Origin: Bugula neritina
Taxonomy: Eukaryota > Animalia > Bryozoa
Reading direction: 5' to 3'
Length of the DNA stretch: 64,000 bases
Assembly (NCBI GenBank): GCA_964035545.1
Contig: OZ037770.1
Location: 4,124,662-4,188,661 of the forward strand
Part shown: positions 43,201 through 53,116 of the stretch, one piece after another
How the letters are laid out: the number at the start of each line of letters is the position of its first letter
Position numbering within the stretch: the first letter of the stretch is position 1
Notes under the pieces: model-generated
What the model was told of the DNA's origin: nothing
Database searches by the model: none
The model's input: the letters and a program-made list of their open reading frames with translations, nothing else
Made by a program: the position numbers and the translations under genes

Positions 43201-46200
43201 CATAATGTAGTTTAACTGTATTGACTATTTAGTTGAAAAATGTTTAAAATGGTAAGTCTATTGTGACACACAAACCTCTCAGGTAGAGTAGATATTTCAC
43301 AGTTCCCCATATCCAACTCTTTAAGTGATGTGAGTGATGACACAACTTCTGGTACTGTGTTGAGAGGATTGTCTACTATGTCTAGTTTCTCTAACTGAGT
43401 CAGCTGACACAGACTGTAATATAACGTTTTTAATATATGTTATAGTCAGTAGTCCACTTGTAGTTTGGTATAGTTTGACATATATACAGAGTATAATTAC
43501 AGATCGTTGCTATAACTTATACCACATGGTTGTGAGGGACAAGATAACTACTATATCAATTCAATTATTTAATTTGACTACTTGACCACTTACAGGTGCA
43601 AATATAATATTTTTTTATAATAGAGTACAAGTATTCAATACTCAGTAAATACTAGTAAACTAGAAATGACTGCTTACTATATAAATTAGATTTTTGTAAA
43701 ATAAGAATATAATATTATAATATAATTGCATATTTTAAAATTATGGGATTTCCATGATATTACAAACCATTACATGCATATAACTTTAAAAAAATAATTT
43801 TATATTTTAATTTATATAATGACTTACCATAATGCTACTTCGTAATACTACTTTATGTAAGCATATAAAGTTGTGAAATATTGATTGTTTCATACAACAC
43901 AAAGTTGTGACACACAAACCTCTCAGGTAGAGTAGATAATTCACAGCTCCACATATTTAACTCTTTAAGTGATGTGAGTGATGACACAACTTTTGGTACT
44001 GTCTTGAGAGAATTCTCTGTTATGTTTAGTTTCTCTAACTGAGTCAGCTGACATAGACTATAAACATATACAGTGTTTGATATATTCAGTTTTACTTATA
44101 CAGAGTGCAATTACTAGAGTTACTTCAGCTACCACATGATTATGAGGGATAAAAAACTATACTATCAAGTTATTTCTTCATAGCAAATCTATATAATGTA
44201 ACATACTATCATAAAGCTGGACTACTAGGTAAAAATATAGCAATTTATCATAATAGTACACAAGTATTTATTTTTAAACTCACTGAATACTATATAATAG
44301 ACTAGAAATTATTGCTAAGCCTAGGGCCACACTGTGCGTATTTTCGCATGCGAACATTTAAACCAGGAGTAGCAAAGGTGTCCACTGTATGCGTTGAGAA
44401 AACATTTGCACTTGTCGCTCAGCATTCTGAACGCAAGTGCGAATCCTCTCTGTCGCCGTCACCTAATTGGCTGGTAGTTATTAGCAAGCTCAATTCTTTA
44501 ATTTTAGTGCTATGTTCCAGTAAATTGCGTTTTGTTAAAAGCAAGTGCAATTTAAAAATGAAAGCTTCATTTATCCCGCATTACTGACACTACAGTGGAC
44601 ACCTTTGCTACCTGTGGTTTCAAATTTCGCATGCGAAAAAACGCACAGTGTGGCCCTAGGCTTAGATGTTTCACGCATGGACGCTTCCCATCTAGACGAT
44701 ATTTATAGATTTTAGTGTAATATATGTATTTTATGCTATTATTTAGCACATAATAGAAAGCAAATAAGCCACCAGCAAGCCACTTAGCCTAGGGCCACAC
44801 TGTGCGTATTTTCGCATGGGCAAATTGAAACCACAGGTAGCAAAGGTGTTCACTGTAAGTAGATGTAATGGGGGAGGTTCCTGCTCACTTTTCCTCACCG
44901 TCGAGTCTACGACTCGTAGGTGTTAAAAAGTTGAGCTAGAACGCCCCCCAATACATCTACTCCAACTTATTTTTATTAAATGATAATTATAAAAAAAATA
45001 TAATTTGTGTTTATACTTATAAACACAAATTGTATTTATATTATATAAAAATTTGTTTTAACTTGGTCATTATTTTTCATAGAAAATAAAGTTTTGAACG
45101 TTATAACTCTAAAATACGGGTTGCGAAGGAGATTCGGTAGATTTTATTATATCACCATCGCTTGTTGATATCAATAATTTATTACCAACCGGTGCTTGTA
45201 ATTTAGGAATAGCGTAACCCGGTATATTATTTAGCGTAATAAGATCGACAATATCTATGCCAGTTTTTACAATATTACCATTGCTCGAAAGCATTAATAA
45301 TTTAGCTCCGATTGACGGTTGTATTTTAGGCATAGCGAAATTAGACACATTAGTTTTCGTAATAACGCCGCTAACGCTTAAATTACTATCTTCAATGCTA
45401 CCGATATTAGTTGATACGGTTAACTTATTATTAGGATTATTTATAAGGGGTATAGGTTGTTTATCTATATTAGTTTTTGTAACGACTTTGCTAATACTTA
45501 TACTACTATCGACAACGCTACCGATATTAGTTGACGTGGTTAATTTATTTGTTGGATTTTGTATGAAAGGCATAGCGTAATTAGATACATTAGTTTTTGT
45601 AATGAAATCGTCAACTTTTAAATCGCTATCTATAACGTAACCAGCGTTAGTTGATATAGTTAACTGATTAATGGGGTTTTGTATGAGAGGCATAGCGTAA
45701 TTAGACGATTTCATAAAAACGTCTTCAACGCTTAAGCTACTATCAGCGACATTACCTTCTTCATTCCATATACGACTAATGTTTTATTAGGGTTTTGTAT
45801 TTTTGGTATACTTGCGTCATCAACGTATTGTTTTGTAGCGACGTCTTGATAGTCAACAGGATCAACGACTCTAGATATTTTATTAACGCCTATATCTAAA
45901 GTACCCGTAAGCGTATCACTACCGTCTCTTAAAACGAAATCGATATTTATTCTATTAATTACGTCGTTTGACGTTCCTCCAAATATATACACAGGACTCC
46001 ATTTATAATATAATTTTAATGACACTAAATCGAATGGTATAAATATAAGCGCGTCATTATCAATTGTTACATCATCGGATTTACGACTTGTAAAATTATT
46101 CGAACACTCTAATATTAGCCCGATATTTTACCCGCGTTGATTATTTCTAATATAGGATTTTAATATACCGAAGATTATGTACGCCGCCTCAAATTAAATA

Positions 46201-49200
46201 TTCTTTAGTAATGTGCTCGAAAGGTTTTGTCGTATCTCCAATTATTAGCGTTAATTTTTTATCTTTCCAATACAAAGGATTATTACTAGGACGCTTGTGA
46301 AATTGTATTAACGTGTAAGTTAATTCTATTCGTTTATCTACTATAAAACCCAACAATAACGCCGTGCTAATTTCATTACTAAAAGTTTGTATAAAATTAT
46401 TTTGATTTTCATTTATACTTCTTTCGTATAATTTTCTTCTTTTATATTTTCGGAAGAACCTCGAAATATATACACAAAACTCATTTATATATACTTATAA
46501 TAAAGTTTAAATGCTACTTATTGAAAAGGTATTGCCTCACTAGTATTTTCAGTTAATGGAAAATCTGTAAGAATTATGTTATCGGGTTTATGACTGGGAT
46601 AAGTTTTTGAAAGCGCTATTGTTGTTGAAAAGTTTTTATTAGCTTCAATAGTTTTATTATTCGGAATTTTAATATACGGAACACTATGCTCATTAACACT
46701 AATATCGTAAAAAGTATCTTCATTAGATGGCCCGGATAATGCGGTGCTATCCTGAATATGTATAATACCGAATTGTTTAAGAGAATCCATTTATTATAAG
46801 AAAAAAGTTAGTAAGCTATAGCTTGACCGCTTCCTTCTAAAATATTACTAATATTATTTCGAGGTTGACTAAGCATTTTTAATACGGCTCAATTTTTAGC
46901 GTTTAAATTTTATTTTTGACCTAGCTTTTTTAATGCGGCTCGATTTCTTATTGCGTTATCAATTTTTTCACCGGCCGCGTTACCGGCTTTAGCTATAACT
47001 TTTTCCCAATTGCCGTGGCCGCTTTTCTTACGCTGGCATTTCCAGCTATTTAACTTACTACGTTTCTAATAGAATCGAATATTCCACCACCGGCGTAGTG
47101 TCTTTGTAATCGTTGTCTTTTATCGTAAACATACATTTATTATAGGCAAAAAAGAATGTTTTTGTACTCGTTACGAGTAATTTGTTTCATTCTAAGTAAT
47201 TCGTCTAATATAGCTACAATTTCGTTTTGCACTCCCGTATTCCCTGCTTTAACGCTAGAAAATAAAAGTTGAAGTCGTTCCACTAAAGCGTCGGGGTTAA
47301 ACGATAAATAAACTACTCCGTCACCGATTTGCCTTTTAGCATTTTTACTATCGGCGAGTCTCGCTCTTTGAGGATATAATTGTTCCCAAATAGGTCTACC
47401 GATATGTCTCCGTGTTTACTTTGATATATAGCACCGCCGTTATCGAGTATATTAGCGTAATTCGCTAAATCATTTTCGCTATAATCTATCGGCGTTTTAC
47501 GCGTTAAAAGACTTAAAAGTCCTCTAATCGCTTGATATTCTTCACCGTCAAAAATTATTTTACCGTCATTAAAATTTATAGGTTTAGTACCTATAACGTG
47601 TCTATTACCATCCTCTTTCACGTTATAAGCACCGGATTCTAAGCCCGCTAAAGCAGTTTGAGTAAATTCGTCTAAATTTATAACTCCATCCGTTATAGCC
47701 GGTTGAACATTATAATTGGGTAATGTAAGCAATTGTTTTAACGCTTCAGTCGTTTGAGCTTGCGGAGTCGTTACGGGTTGAAAATATTTTTCTTGAGCCA
47801 TAGCGGCGTTCAATTCCTGCGCGCGCTCTCATTTAAATTCTTCTTTTATTCTATTCTTTCAAGATATAAAATCTTGTACGATCTCATCTCTTTTCGGCGG
47901 ATCATTAATCTTTAATAAACTCATTTATATAGACACAGATTTGTGTCCACTGTTGTGTCTAGTGTCTACGTTTGTTTCCACTATACACGTTCTAAAACAT
48001 TCAAATTTACCCATGAGTTTTGCGACTCGGAATAACCCAGCCATTTTACTAAAGCTTTTTTACCTTTCTTTTTAATTACGCGCTCTATTCTATAAATTTT
48101 TTGACTCGTCTTTTGCAATTCCTGTTCGTAAAAAAATCCTTGAATTTCTTCTCCTCCCGAGTCAATTAATTCATAAGTCGTCGGATTCGTGTATAATATT
48201 TTATTTATCGTAAACACTTCCTCAGCCCATCGTTCCTATTATCGCCGAGGCAATACGACTGTGTCGTTGTTTAGCGAGCGTAGAATCCGATATAGCTTTT
48301 AGTTCGTTGAGCATAATTTTATCGCATATTTCGTTTCTAGTCTTAGTATCTTTATTATTAGCGTGACATATCGTGTCTCATAGCTATAGCGTCGTCTCGA
48401 TCTACCGGTTTACTCCATTCTTTAGGAGTCATGTCTTCATTAAGACGCTTATTTAATTTAGTACCGGGACCTAAAAAACTATGACCGGGATAATGTAATT
48501 CAACAGGTAAATTATTTATTAAATTATTCGCTAAACTCGACCCAACAAACAAAGTTTGTTTACCTCCGCATTGACCGCAAGTACCGTAACTGATTAGTCT
48601 ATTGTTTTTACTTACTTTTTCTCCGTAATTAAGAGTTTTAGTTTTAATTTTACATTTACAACAGTACATTTATTATAGTAAATTGAAATACAAAATCTTT
48701 CGTGGTAAAACAAAATTAATCGTAATAATAATCGTTACTCCCTATAAGTAGAAGGGGTGTTATCATTGGAATGTCGGGGTGCGGTAAAACTACTTTACTC
48801 TGCAATTTACTGTTACAACCTAATTGGCTTGATTATAATAAACTCATGATTTACGGTAAAAGTCTCGATCAACCGGTATATAATATTATGCGAAAAGCTA
48901 TCTAAAGAAAATTTTTTAGAAGTATTTAAAAATAGCGATGTAATAATTAATTCCGGTATAAACGTAAATCGTATTTTAAAAAATTACGCTACCGGTAACG
49001 GTAATATAAACGCTGAATTTGTTGAATCGAGTGATAAAGTTTATGACCCTAGTGATTTAGATGCTAATAATAAAAATCTAATAGCGTTTGACGATTTAAT
49101 GCTTGAAAAACAAAACGTGTGCAAAAAATATTACGTAAGAGGACGACATAATAACGTCGATTGTTTTTATTCATCGCAAAATTATTTTAAGCTACCCAGA

Positions 49201-52200
49201 GAGTCTATTCAAGAAAATGCAAATTTTATTTGTTTTTTTTCTCAAGACGGTAAAAACCTAAGCGATTTACATCGAGATCACGTAAGTGGTGATATGCCTT
49301 TACACGAATTTAAAAACTTTTGTTATAATGGATGGCAAAAACCTCACGGCTTTATTACTTTGGACCTATCTTCTTCGAAAAACAATGGAAAGTATAGGCA
49401 CGGGTTAGACGAGTTTTATATATGCGACTAGACACTAGTGTCCACTTTTGTGTCTAGTGTCCACTTTTGTGTCTACATTAGTGTCCACTTTTAGGTCTAG
49501 TGTTTACTTTGTATTCACTTTGTGTCTAGTGTCTGCATTTGTGTTCACATTATATATACACTAGTGTTTACTTTTATATTTAAACGTTTATTTTTTAATA
49601 AAAATAAGTTAGAGTAGATGAAATGGGGAGCGTTCCAGCTCACTTTTTTAACACCGGGGAGTCGTAGACTCGACTGTGGGGAAAGGTGAGCTGGAACAAC
49701 CCCCCCCCCCATTACATCTACTACTGTAGCGTCAGTGGTGTGGCATAAATAAAACTTTCATTTTCAAATCGCACTCGCTTTTAATAAAACCCAATTTACT
49801 GAAATATAGCACTAAAATGAAGGAATTGGGTTCGCTAATTAACTACCAGCCAATTAGGTGACGACAACAGAGACGATTCGCACTTGCGTTCAAAATGCTG
49901 AGCGACAAGTGCAAATGTTTTCTCAACGCGTACAGTGGGCACCTTTGCTACTTGTGGTTTTAATGTTCGCATGCGAAAATACGCGCAGTGTGGCCCTAGG
50001 CTTACTATTAATTACATTTTTATAGCACAACAATATATAATGGCTTAAAATTTTGTTATTCCCACAATATAATAAACAATTGCATATATATGTGTAACTT
50101 TAAAACACTGCATTTTCTATTTTTCATTTATACAATGGCATACCATAACAACACTTGGTAAGCATAAAAGTTGTCAAATATTGAATCTTTAAAAGAACAC
50201 AAAGTTGCGACACACAAACCTCTCAGGTAGATTAGATAATTTACAATCCACCATATTCAACTTTTCAAGTGATGTGAGTGATGACACAACTTCTGGTACT
50301 GTCTTGAGAGAATTCTCTGTTATGTTTAGTTTCTCTAACTGAGTCAGCTGGCATAGACTATAAACATACAGCGTTTAATATATTTAGCTTCACTTATACA
50401 GAGTACAATTACTACAGTTACTATAACTACCACATGATTATGAGGGATAAAAAACTATACTATCAATTTATTCCTTCATAACAGATCTATATAATTCAAC
50501 ATACTATCATAACGCTTGGCTATATTAGGTAAAAATATAACAGTTTATTGTAATAGTATGCAAAAAAATTAATTTTAAACTCACTGAATACTAATAAACT
50601 AGAAATTATTGCTTACTATTAATTACATTTTTATAGCACAACAATATATCATGGCATATAACTTTAAAACTGTGTTATTCCCACAATATTATAAGCCATT
50701 GCATATATGTGTGTAACTTCAAAACATTGCATTTCATATTTTTCAATTATACAATAAAATACCATAACAATACTTGGTAAGCATATAAAGATGTCAAATA
50801 TTGAATGTTTAAAACAATACAAACGTTCTGCCACACGAACCTCTCAGGTAGAGTAGATAACCTACAGCTCCCCATATCCAACTCTTTAAGTGATGTGAGT
50901 GATGACACAACTTCTGGTACTGTGTTGAGAGGATTATATCCTATGTCTAGTTTCTCTAACTGAGTCAGCTGACACAGACTGTAATATAAAGTGTGTAATA
51001 TATGTAGTCTGCATTACTATAATATTTTATACTATACTCACATTTTGTTTTCAACCAGGTAAAACTATATACAACTCAACTACCAAGCAATTTATTGTAG
51101 CATTGTACATGCAAAGCATGGGAAGTTAACAGTTTATTATAATAGTATACAGGTATTCAATTATTATATATACTCAGTGTGTGAATACTAACCAACTATA
51201 CAACTGCTTACTATTATTTACATTTTTATAACACAAGAATATATAATGGCATAAATACCTTAAATTATGTTGTTTTCACAATATTACAGACCATATTTCA
51301 TATGGAATTAAAAAAAATTGCATTTCACATATTTTTCAATTATATAATGACATGCCCTAATTATACTTGGTAATAAGAAACTATTTTATGATTTCAAGTA
51401 ATAAATGTTTCAAACAATACAAAACCTGTGACAAACAAACCTCCCAGGTAGAGTAGAAAATTTACAGCTCTTCATATCCAACTGTTTAAGTGATGTGAGT
51501 GATGACACAACTTCTGGTACTGTGTTGAAAGGATTATCTTCTATGTGTAGTTTCTCTAACTGAGTCAGCTGACATAAACTGTAATATAAAGTGTATGATA
51601 TATATGTAGTCTGCATTACCATAACATTTTATACTATATTCACATTTTGTTTTCAACCAGGTAAAACTATATACAACTCAACTACCAAGCAACTTATTGT
51701 AACATTGTACATGCAGAGCATGAGAAGTTAACAGTTTATTATAATAGTATACAAGTATTCAATTATTATATATACTCAGTTTGTGAATACTAATCAACTA
51801 TACAACTGCTTACTATTATTTACATTTTATAGCACAAGAATATATAATGGCATACCTTAAATTTTGTTATTTTCACAATATTACAGACCATATTTCATAA
51901 AGAATTAAAAAAATTGCATTTCACAGATTTTTCAATTATATAATGACATAACCTAATTATACTTGATAAGGAACTATTTTATGATTTCGAGTATTAAATG
52001 TTTCAAACAATACAAAACTGTGACAAACAAACCTTTCAGGTAGAGTAGATAATTCACAGCCTTCCATATTCAACTCTTCAAGTGATGTGAGTGATGACAC
52101 AACTTCTAGTGCTGTGTTGAGACGATTCCATCTTATGTCTAGTTTCTCTAACTGAGTCAGCTGACATAAACTGTAATATAAAGTGTGTAATATATGTAGT

Positions 52201-53116
52201 CTACTGTATCATATATATAATAATATAATCTGTACTCAGCTATAATGTAAATTATGGAGCAAACAATTTTGTTGAAACAGGGTACAGCAAAAAAAAGCTA
52301 TTATATGCCATGTTATACGTGTAATGGGTGCCCTGTGTAGAATTGAGTGATTAGATGTACATGTATAAAGACATCCTGTAAGTTTAATAGATAAGGGTTA
52401 CCCTACAATGTAATGCTAATATATAGTATGATTTATAATTATAAATGGTTTACTTTGTTATAGCTAATCTGACACAAATTAGCATGTATTTAACATTCCG
52501 AAAATTTTTTATTTTCAAATATATGGCTACATATATTATACTTATATATATATATATATATATTGCAGATAAAAACCTTCTGTATAATCCTACACGTATA
52601 CATGTACTACATATAGTATGTTACTTCTGTATTCAACTACATAAAACATGTTTTAATTTGTGATGGCATGTGTAACACTACAAACAGTTTCCCGCTGTCT
52701 AATTTCTACAACTTGTTCAGCTGGTAGAGATACAATGTTATACATATTACTATAGCTTTTTATAGTGCATGATTACATCATGAGTATAAGAATGTACTTC
52801 AGCATTGACTTAGATACATGCACCGTGGGTTCTATTTATCACAACTAAACTCATTTAACATTTACACAGCTATCTTAATAGACACTCACTGGTCTAGACT
52901 TGCTCTGTCAGTCAGGATAGAAACATTTAGACACAGGGCTTTACCGGCAACCTCTCCAATGTTGTTTGGAATTCTCCCTCCTAGTTTTAGATCTGTGATG
53001 TAAAAACTTCCAACTTCACGTTTCACATCAGCAGTAGTATATGACTTGGTTTTAGTTTTCCATACATCTGACCAGCTCACAGGAGGCTGTCCAGAATGTC
53101 TGAACCAGATTCTCAT
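29117..53116 (-). CDS. LRR-ROC-COR (Roco) protein with a C-terminal caspase domain, 15 coding exons, about 1385 aa
   Basis: Exons 53116-52890, 52170-52033, 51578-51441, 50978-50841, 50357-50220, 44057-43920, 43413-43276, 38856-36851, 36577-36491, 36289-36147, 31223-31053, 30775-30562, 30351-30124, 29864-29761, 29266-29117. All introns are GT-AG, phases match, total 4158 nt with no internal stop. The start codon is tentative. Confidence 0.85.
31385..33137. mobile_element. Non-autonomous hAT element in an intron
   Basis: TIR CAGGGATGTAGTGG / CCACTACATCCCTG; exact 8-bp TSD ACTATAAC (31377-31384 and 33138-33145); no long ORF. Confidence 0.92.
36851..38856 (-). CDS. Large exon: last LRRs, ROC GTPase and COR domain
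   Basis: LTSPPLEVCQRGLDAVRQY (LRR-ROC link), P-loop GNTMAGKTSL, switch I ETT, DMGGQ (G3), FTHKD (G4), and COR-like YMHDCGKVLWY and YFIVP. Confidence 0.92.
39300..42845 (+). mobile_element. Full-length RTE-clade LINE, antisense within an intron
   Basis: 14-bp TSD ATATAATACAGTTA (39286-39299 and 42846-42859), (AG)n 3' tail, single long ORF. Confidence 0.95.
39657..42806 (+). CDS. RTE ORF: APE endonuclease plus reverse transcriptase (1049 aa, intact)
   Basis: WNVRTL, ALCETR, GDFNA, LDYV, STDH (APE); QCGFR, DFTKAFD, GVKQGCVLAP, LFADD, YLGS; RWLGHVHRM..GRPRLR (RTE C-terminus). Confidence 0.97.
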   Translation: MTMETVFDTGTNVARVNKVRAGLLPLRQPVKSQLGRNGKFRKVLRLAEWNVRTLLDRNNSKRPERQTALVAKELGRYDIDIAALCETRLALNDSLVDNGYTFFWSGKGEEERRESGVGFAIRNTIMPYLEQEPTAISDRIISMRLPLKKNHYVTIVSAYAPTITNTEEKKEEFYNKLRETVKNISITDKLIIAGDFNARVGCEAQNWPGVIGNQGIGKCNTNGELLLAFCSEYQLVITNTVFKHRQHHKVTWMHPRSQHWHLLDYVITRRKDQNDVLDTRAMRGADCSTDHTMIRSKLAFALRKAKNKTRGNSACKLNVGKLQNQDMLQEFQKQMDKAMDYRDDDGVTLEERWGRLKISAFNTATKVLGRAERKHQDWFDDNDAKLNALLNERNMAKSKALQRRTRSSTDRLAQARSKLQKYTREKKSQWWEEKAESLQQAADKNNMKAFYNGLREVYGPQNRGITQLLDQSGKTVLTAKNDTLKRFAQHFDLLLNVPGEVDQEALNSLTNMPPNLSLDDMPSFDELLDAIDATKENKSPGECGIPAEVWKYGGIRLKERLYDLIAYIWSNEKMPQNWKNANIVPIFKKGSRKDCGNYRGISLLSIAGKIMARIILNKINVNITPGILPETQCGFRNSRSTIDMIFSFRQIQEKCAEQNMELYAVFIDFTKAFDTVSRDGLWRVLKKFGLTEKVTNLIKALHAGMQAKVVQGRDASNEFVVTNGVKQGCVLAPTLFSLYLTAMLEVAFQNVNEGIYIQTRHGADLFNVAQFKSKTRTTKHLVREMLFADDSALVAHCAADMQVLMNNFAKAAAQFSLKINIKKTECMYQPIKLIHPPPEPEVVMIDQEPVVLASDFTYLGSTVSCMAKIDKELRNRLGKASAAYGKLQQRLWNNRHVSIRVKCKVYRAVVLSSLLYGAETWTIYRTQVKKLSAFMMRQLRDIMAVKWYDKVTNEEILRRANLPSLADILIEKNLRWLGHVHRMEHSRLPRQLLYSQLKEGKRNTGRPRLRLKDVAKRNMKWRAINLSSWQQTADNRAAWRAATKSKLNP
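43276..43413 (-). CDS. LRR cassette exon 6 (138 nt, phase 2-2)
   Basis: LCQLTQLEKLDIVDNPLNTVPEVVSSLTSLKELDMGNCEISTLPE. Confidence 0.9.
43920..44057 (-). CDS. LRR cassette exon 5 (138 nt, phase 2-2)
   Basis: LCQLTQLEKLNITENSLKTVPKVVSSLTSLKELNMWSCELSTLPE. Confidence 0.9.
44319..44661. mobile_element. PIF/Harbinger-like MITE, copy A
   Basis: TIRs GCCTAGGGCCACACTG..CAGTGTGGCCCTAGGC, flanked by TAA/TTA. Confidence 0.8.
45109..46002 (-). pseudogene. Polinton fibre/spike-like repeat protein (frameshifted)
   Basis: GTLDIGVNKISRVVDPVDYQDVATKQYVD motif, followed by ~41-aa repeats (NYAMP.IQNP.NKLT.STN.G.V.DS). Confidence 0.6.
47145..47924 (-). pseudogene. Conserved Polinton hypothetical protein (disrupted)
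   Basis: GLLSLLTRKTP..YSENDLANYANIL, then in another frame PDALVERLQLLFSSVKAGNTGVQNEIVAILDEL; I recognise both as recurring Polinton motifs. Confidence 0.55.
47981..48235 (-). pseudogene. C-terminal fragment of Polinton retroviral-type integrase with chromodomain
   Basis: RWAEEVFTI..TYELID..GEEIQGFFYEQELQK..YRIERVIKK..LVKWLGYSESQNSWV; the catalytic core is deleted. Confidence 0.85.
48236..48669 (-). pseudogene. Parvovirus-VP1-like phospholipase A2 (PLA2X) with an N-terminal CxxC..CxxC module; frameshifted
   Basis: MYCCKCK..CGQCG; HYPGHSFLGPGTKL (Ca-binding loop); PVDRDDAIAMRHD (catalytic HD); continues after the frameshift as ..TRNEICDKIML. Confidence 0.8.
48690..49431 (+). pseudogene. Polinton A32/FtsK-like DNA-packaging ATPase (disrupted)
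   Basis: Walker A IIGMSGCGKTTLL at about 48760, Walker B IAFDDL, RGRHNNV..SQNYFKLP, KPHGFITLD; stop near 48904. Confidence 0.88.
50220..50357 (-). CDS. LRR cassette exon 4 (138 nt, phase 2-2)
   Basis: LCQLTQLEKLNITENSLKTVPEVVSSLTSLEKLNMVDCKLSNLPE. Confidence 0.9.
50841..50978 (-). CDS. LRR cassette exon 3 (138 nt, phase 2-2)
   Basis: LCQLTQLEKLDIGYNPLNTVPEVVSSLTSLKELDMGSCRLSTLPE. Confidence 0.9.
51441..51578 (-). CDS. LRR cassette exon 2 (138 nt, phase 2-2)
   Basis: LCQLTQLEKLHIEDNPFNTVPEVVSSLTSLKQLDMKSCKFSTLPG. Confidence 0.9.
52033..52170 (-). CDS. LRR cassette exon 1 (138 nt, phase 2-2)
   Basis: LCQLTQLEKLDIRWNRLNTALEVVSSLTSLEELNMEGCELSTLPE. Confidence 0.9.
52890..53116 (-). CDS. Probable first coding exon (N-terminal cap) of the LRR-Roco-caspase gene
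   Basis: Open frame MRIWFRHSG...DRASLD ends at a strong phase-2 donor (CA|GTGAGT) that matches the LRR exons. Confidence 0.6.

Larger units (their letters stand above)
44858..49722. mobile_element. Polinton/Maverick (adintovirus-like) internally deleted element, 4.87 kb
   Basis: Termini AGTAGATG...CATCTACT, ~125-bp imperfect TIRs, exact 6-bp TSD ACTGTA. Contains intronless remnants of packaging ATPase, integrase-chromodomain, PLA2 and fibre-like genes. Confidence 0.92.
44787..50001. mobile_element. PIF/Harbinger-like MITE, copy B (inverted relative to A), split by the Polinton
   Basis: Same TIRs, TTA on both sides; 49723-50001 is the reverse complement of the left ~280 bp of copy A. Confidence 0.8.
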
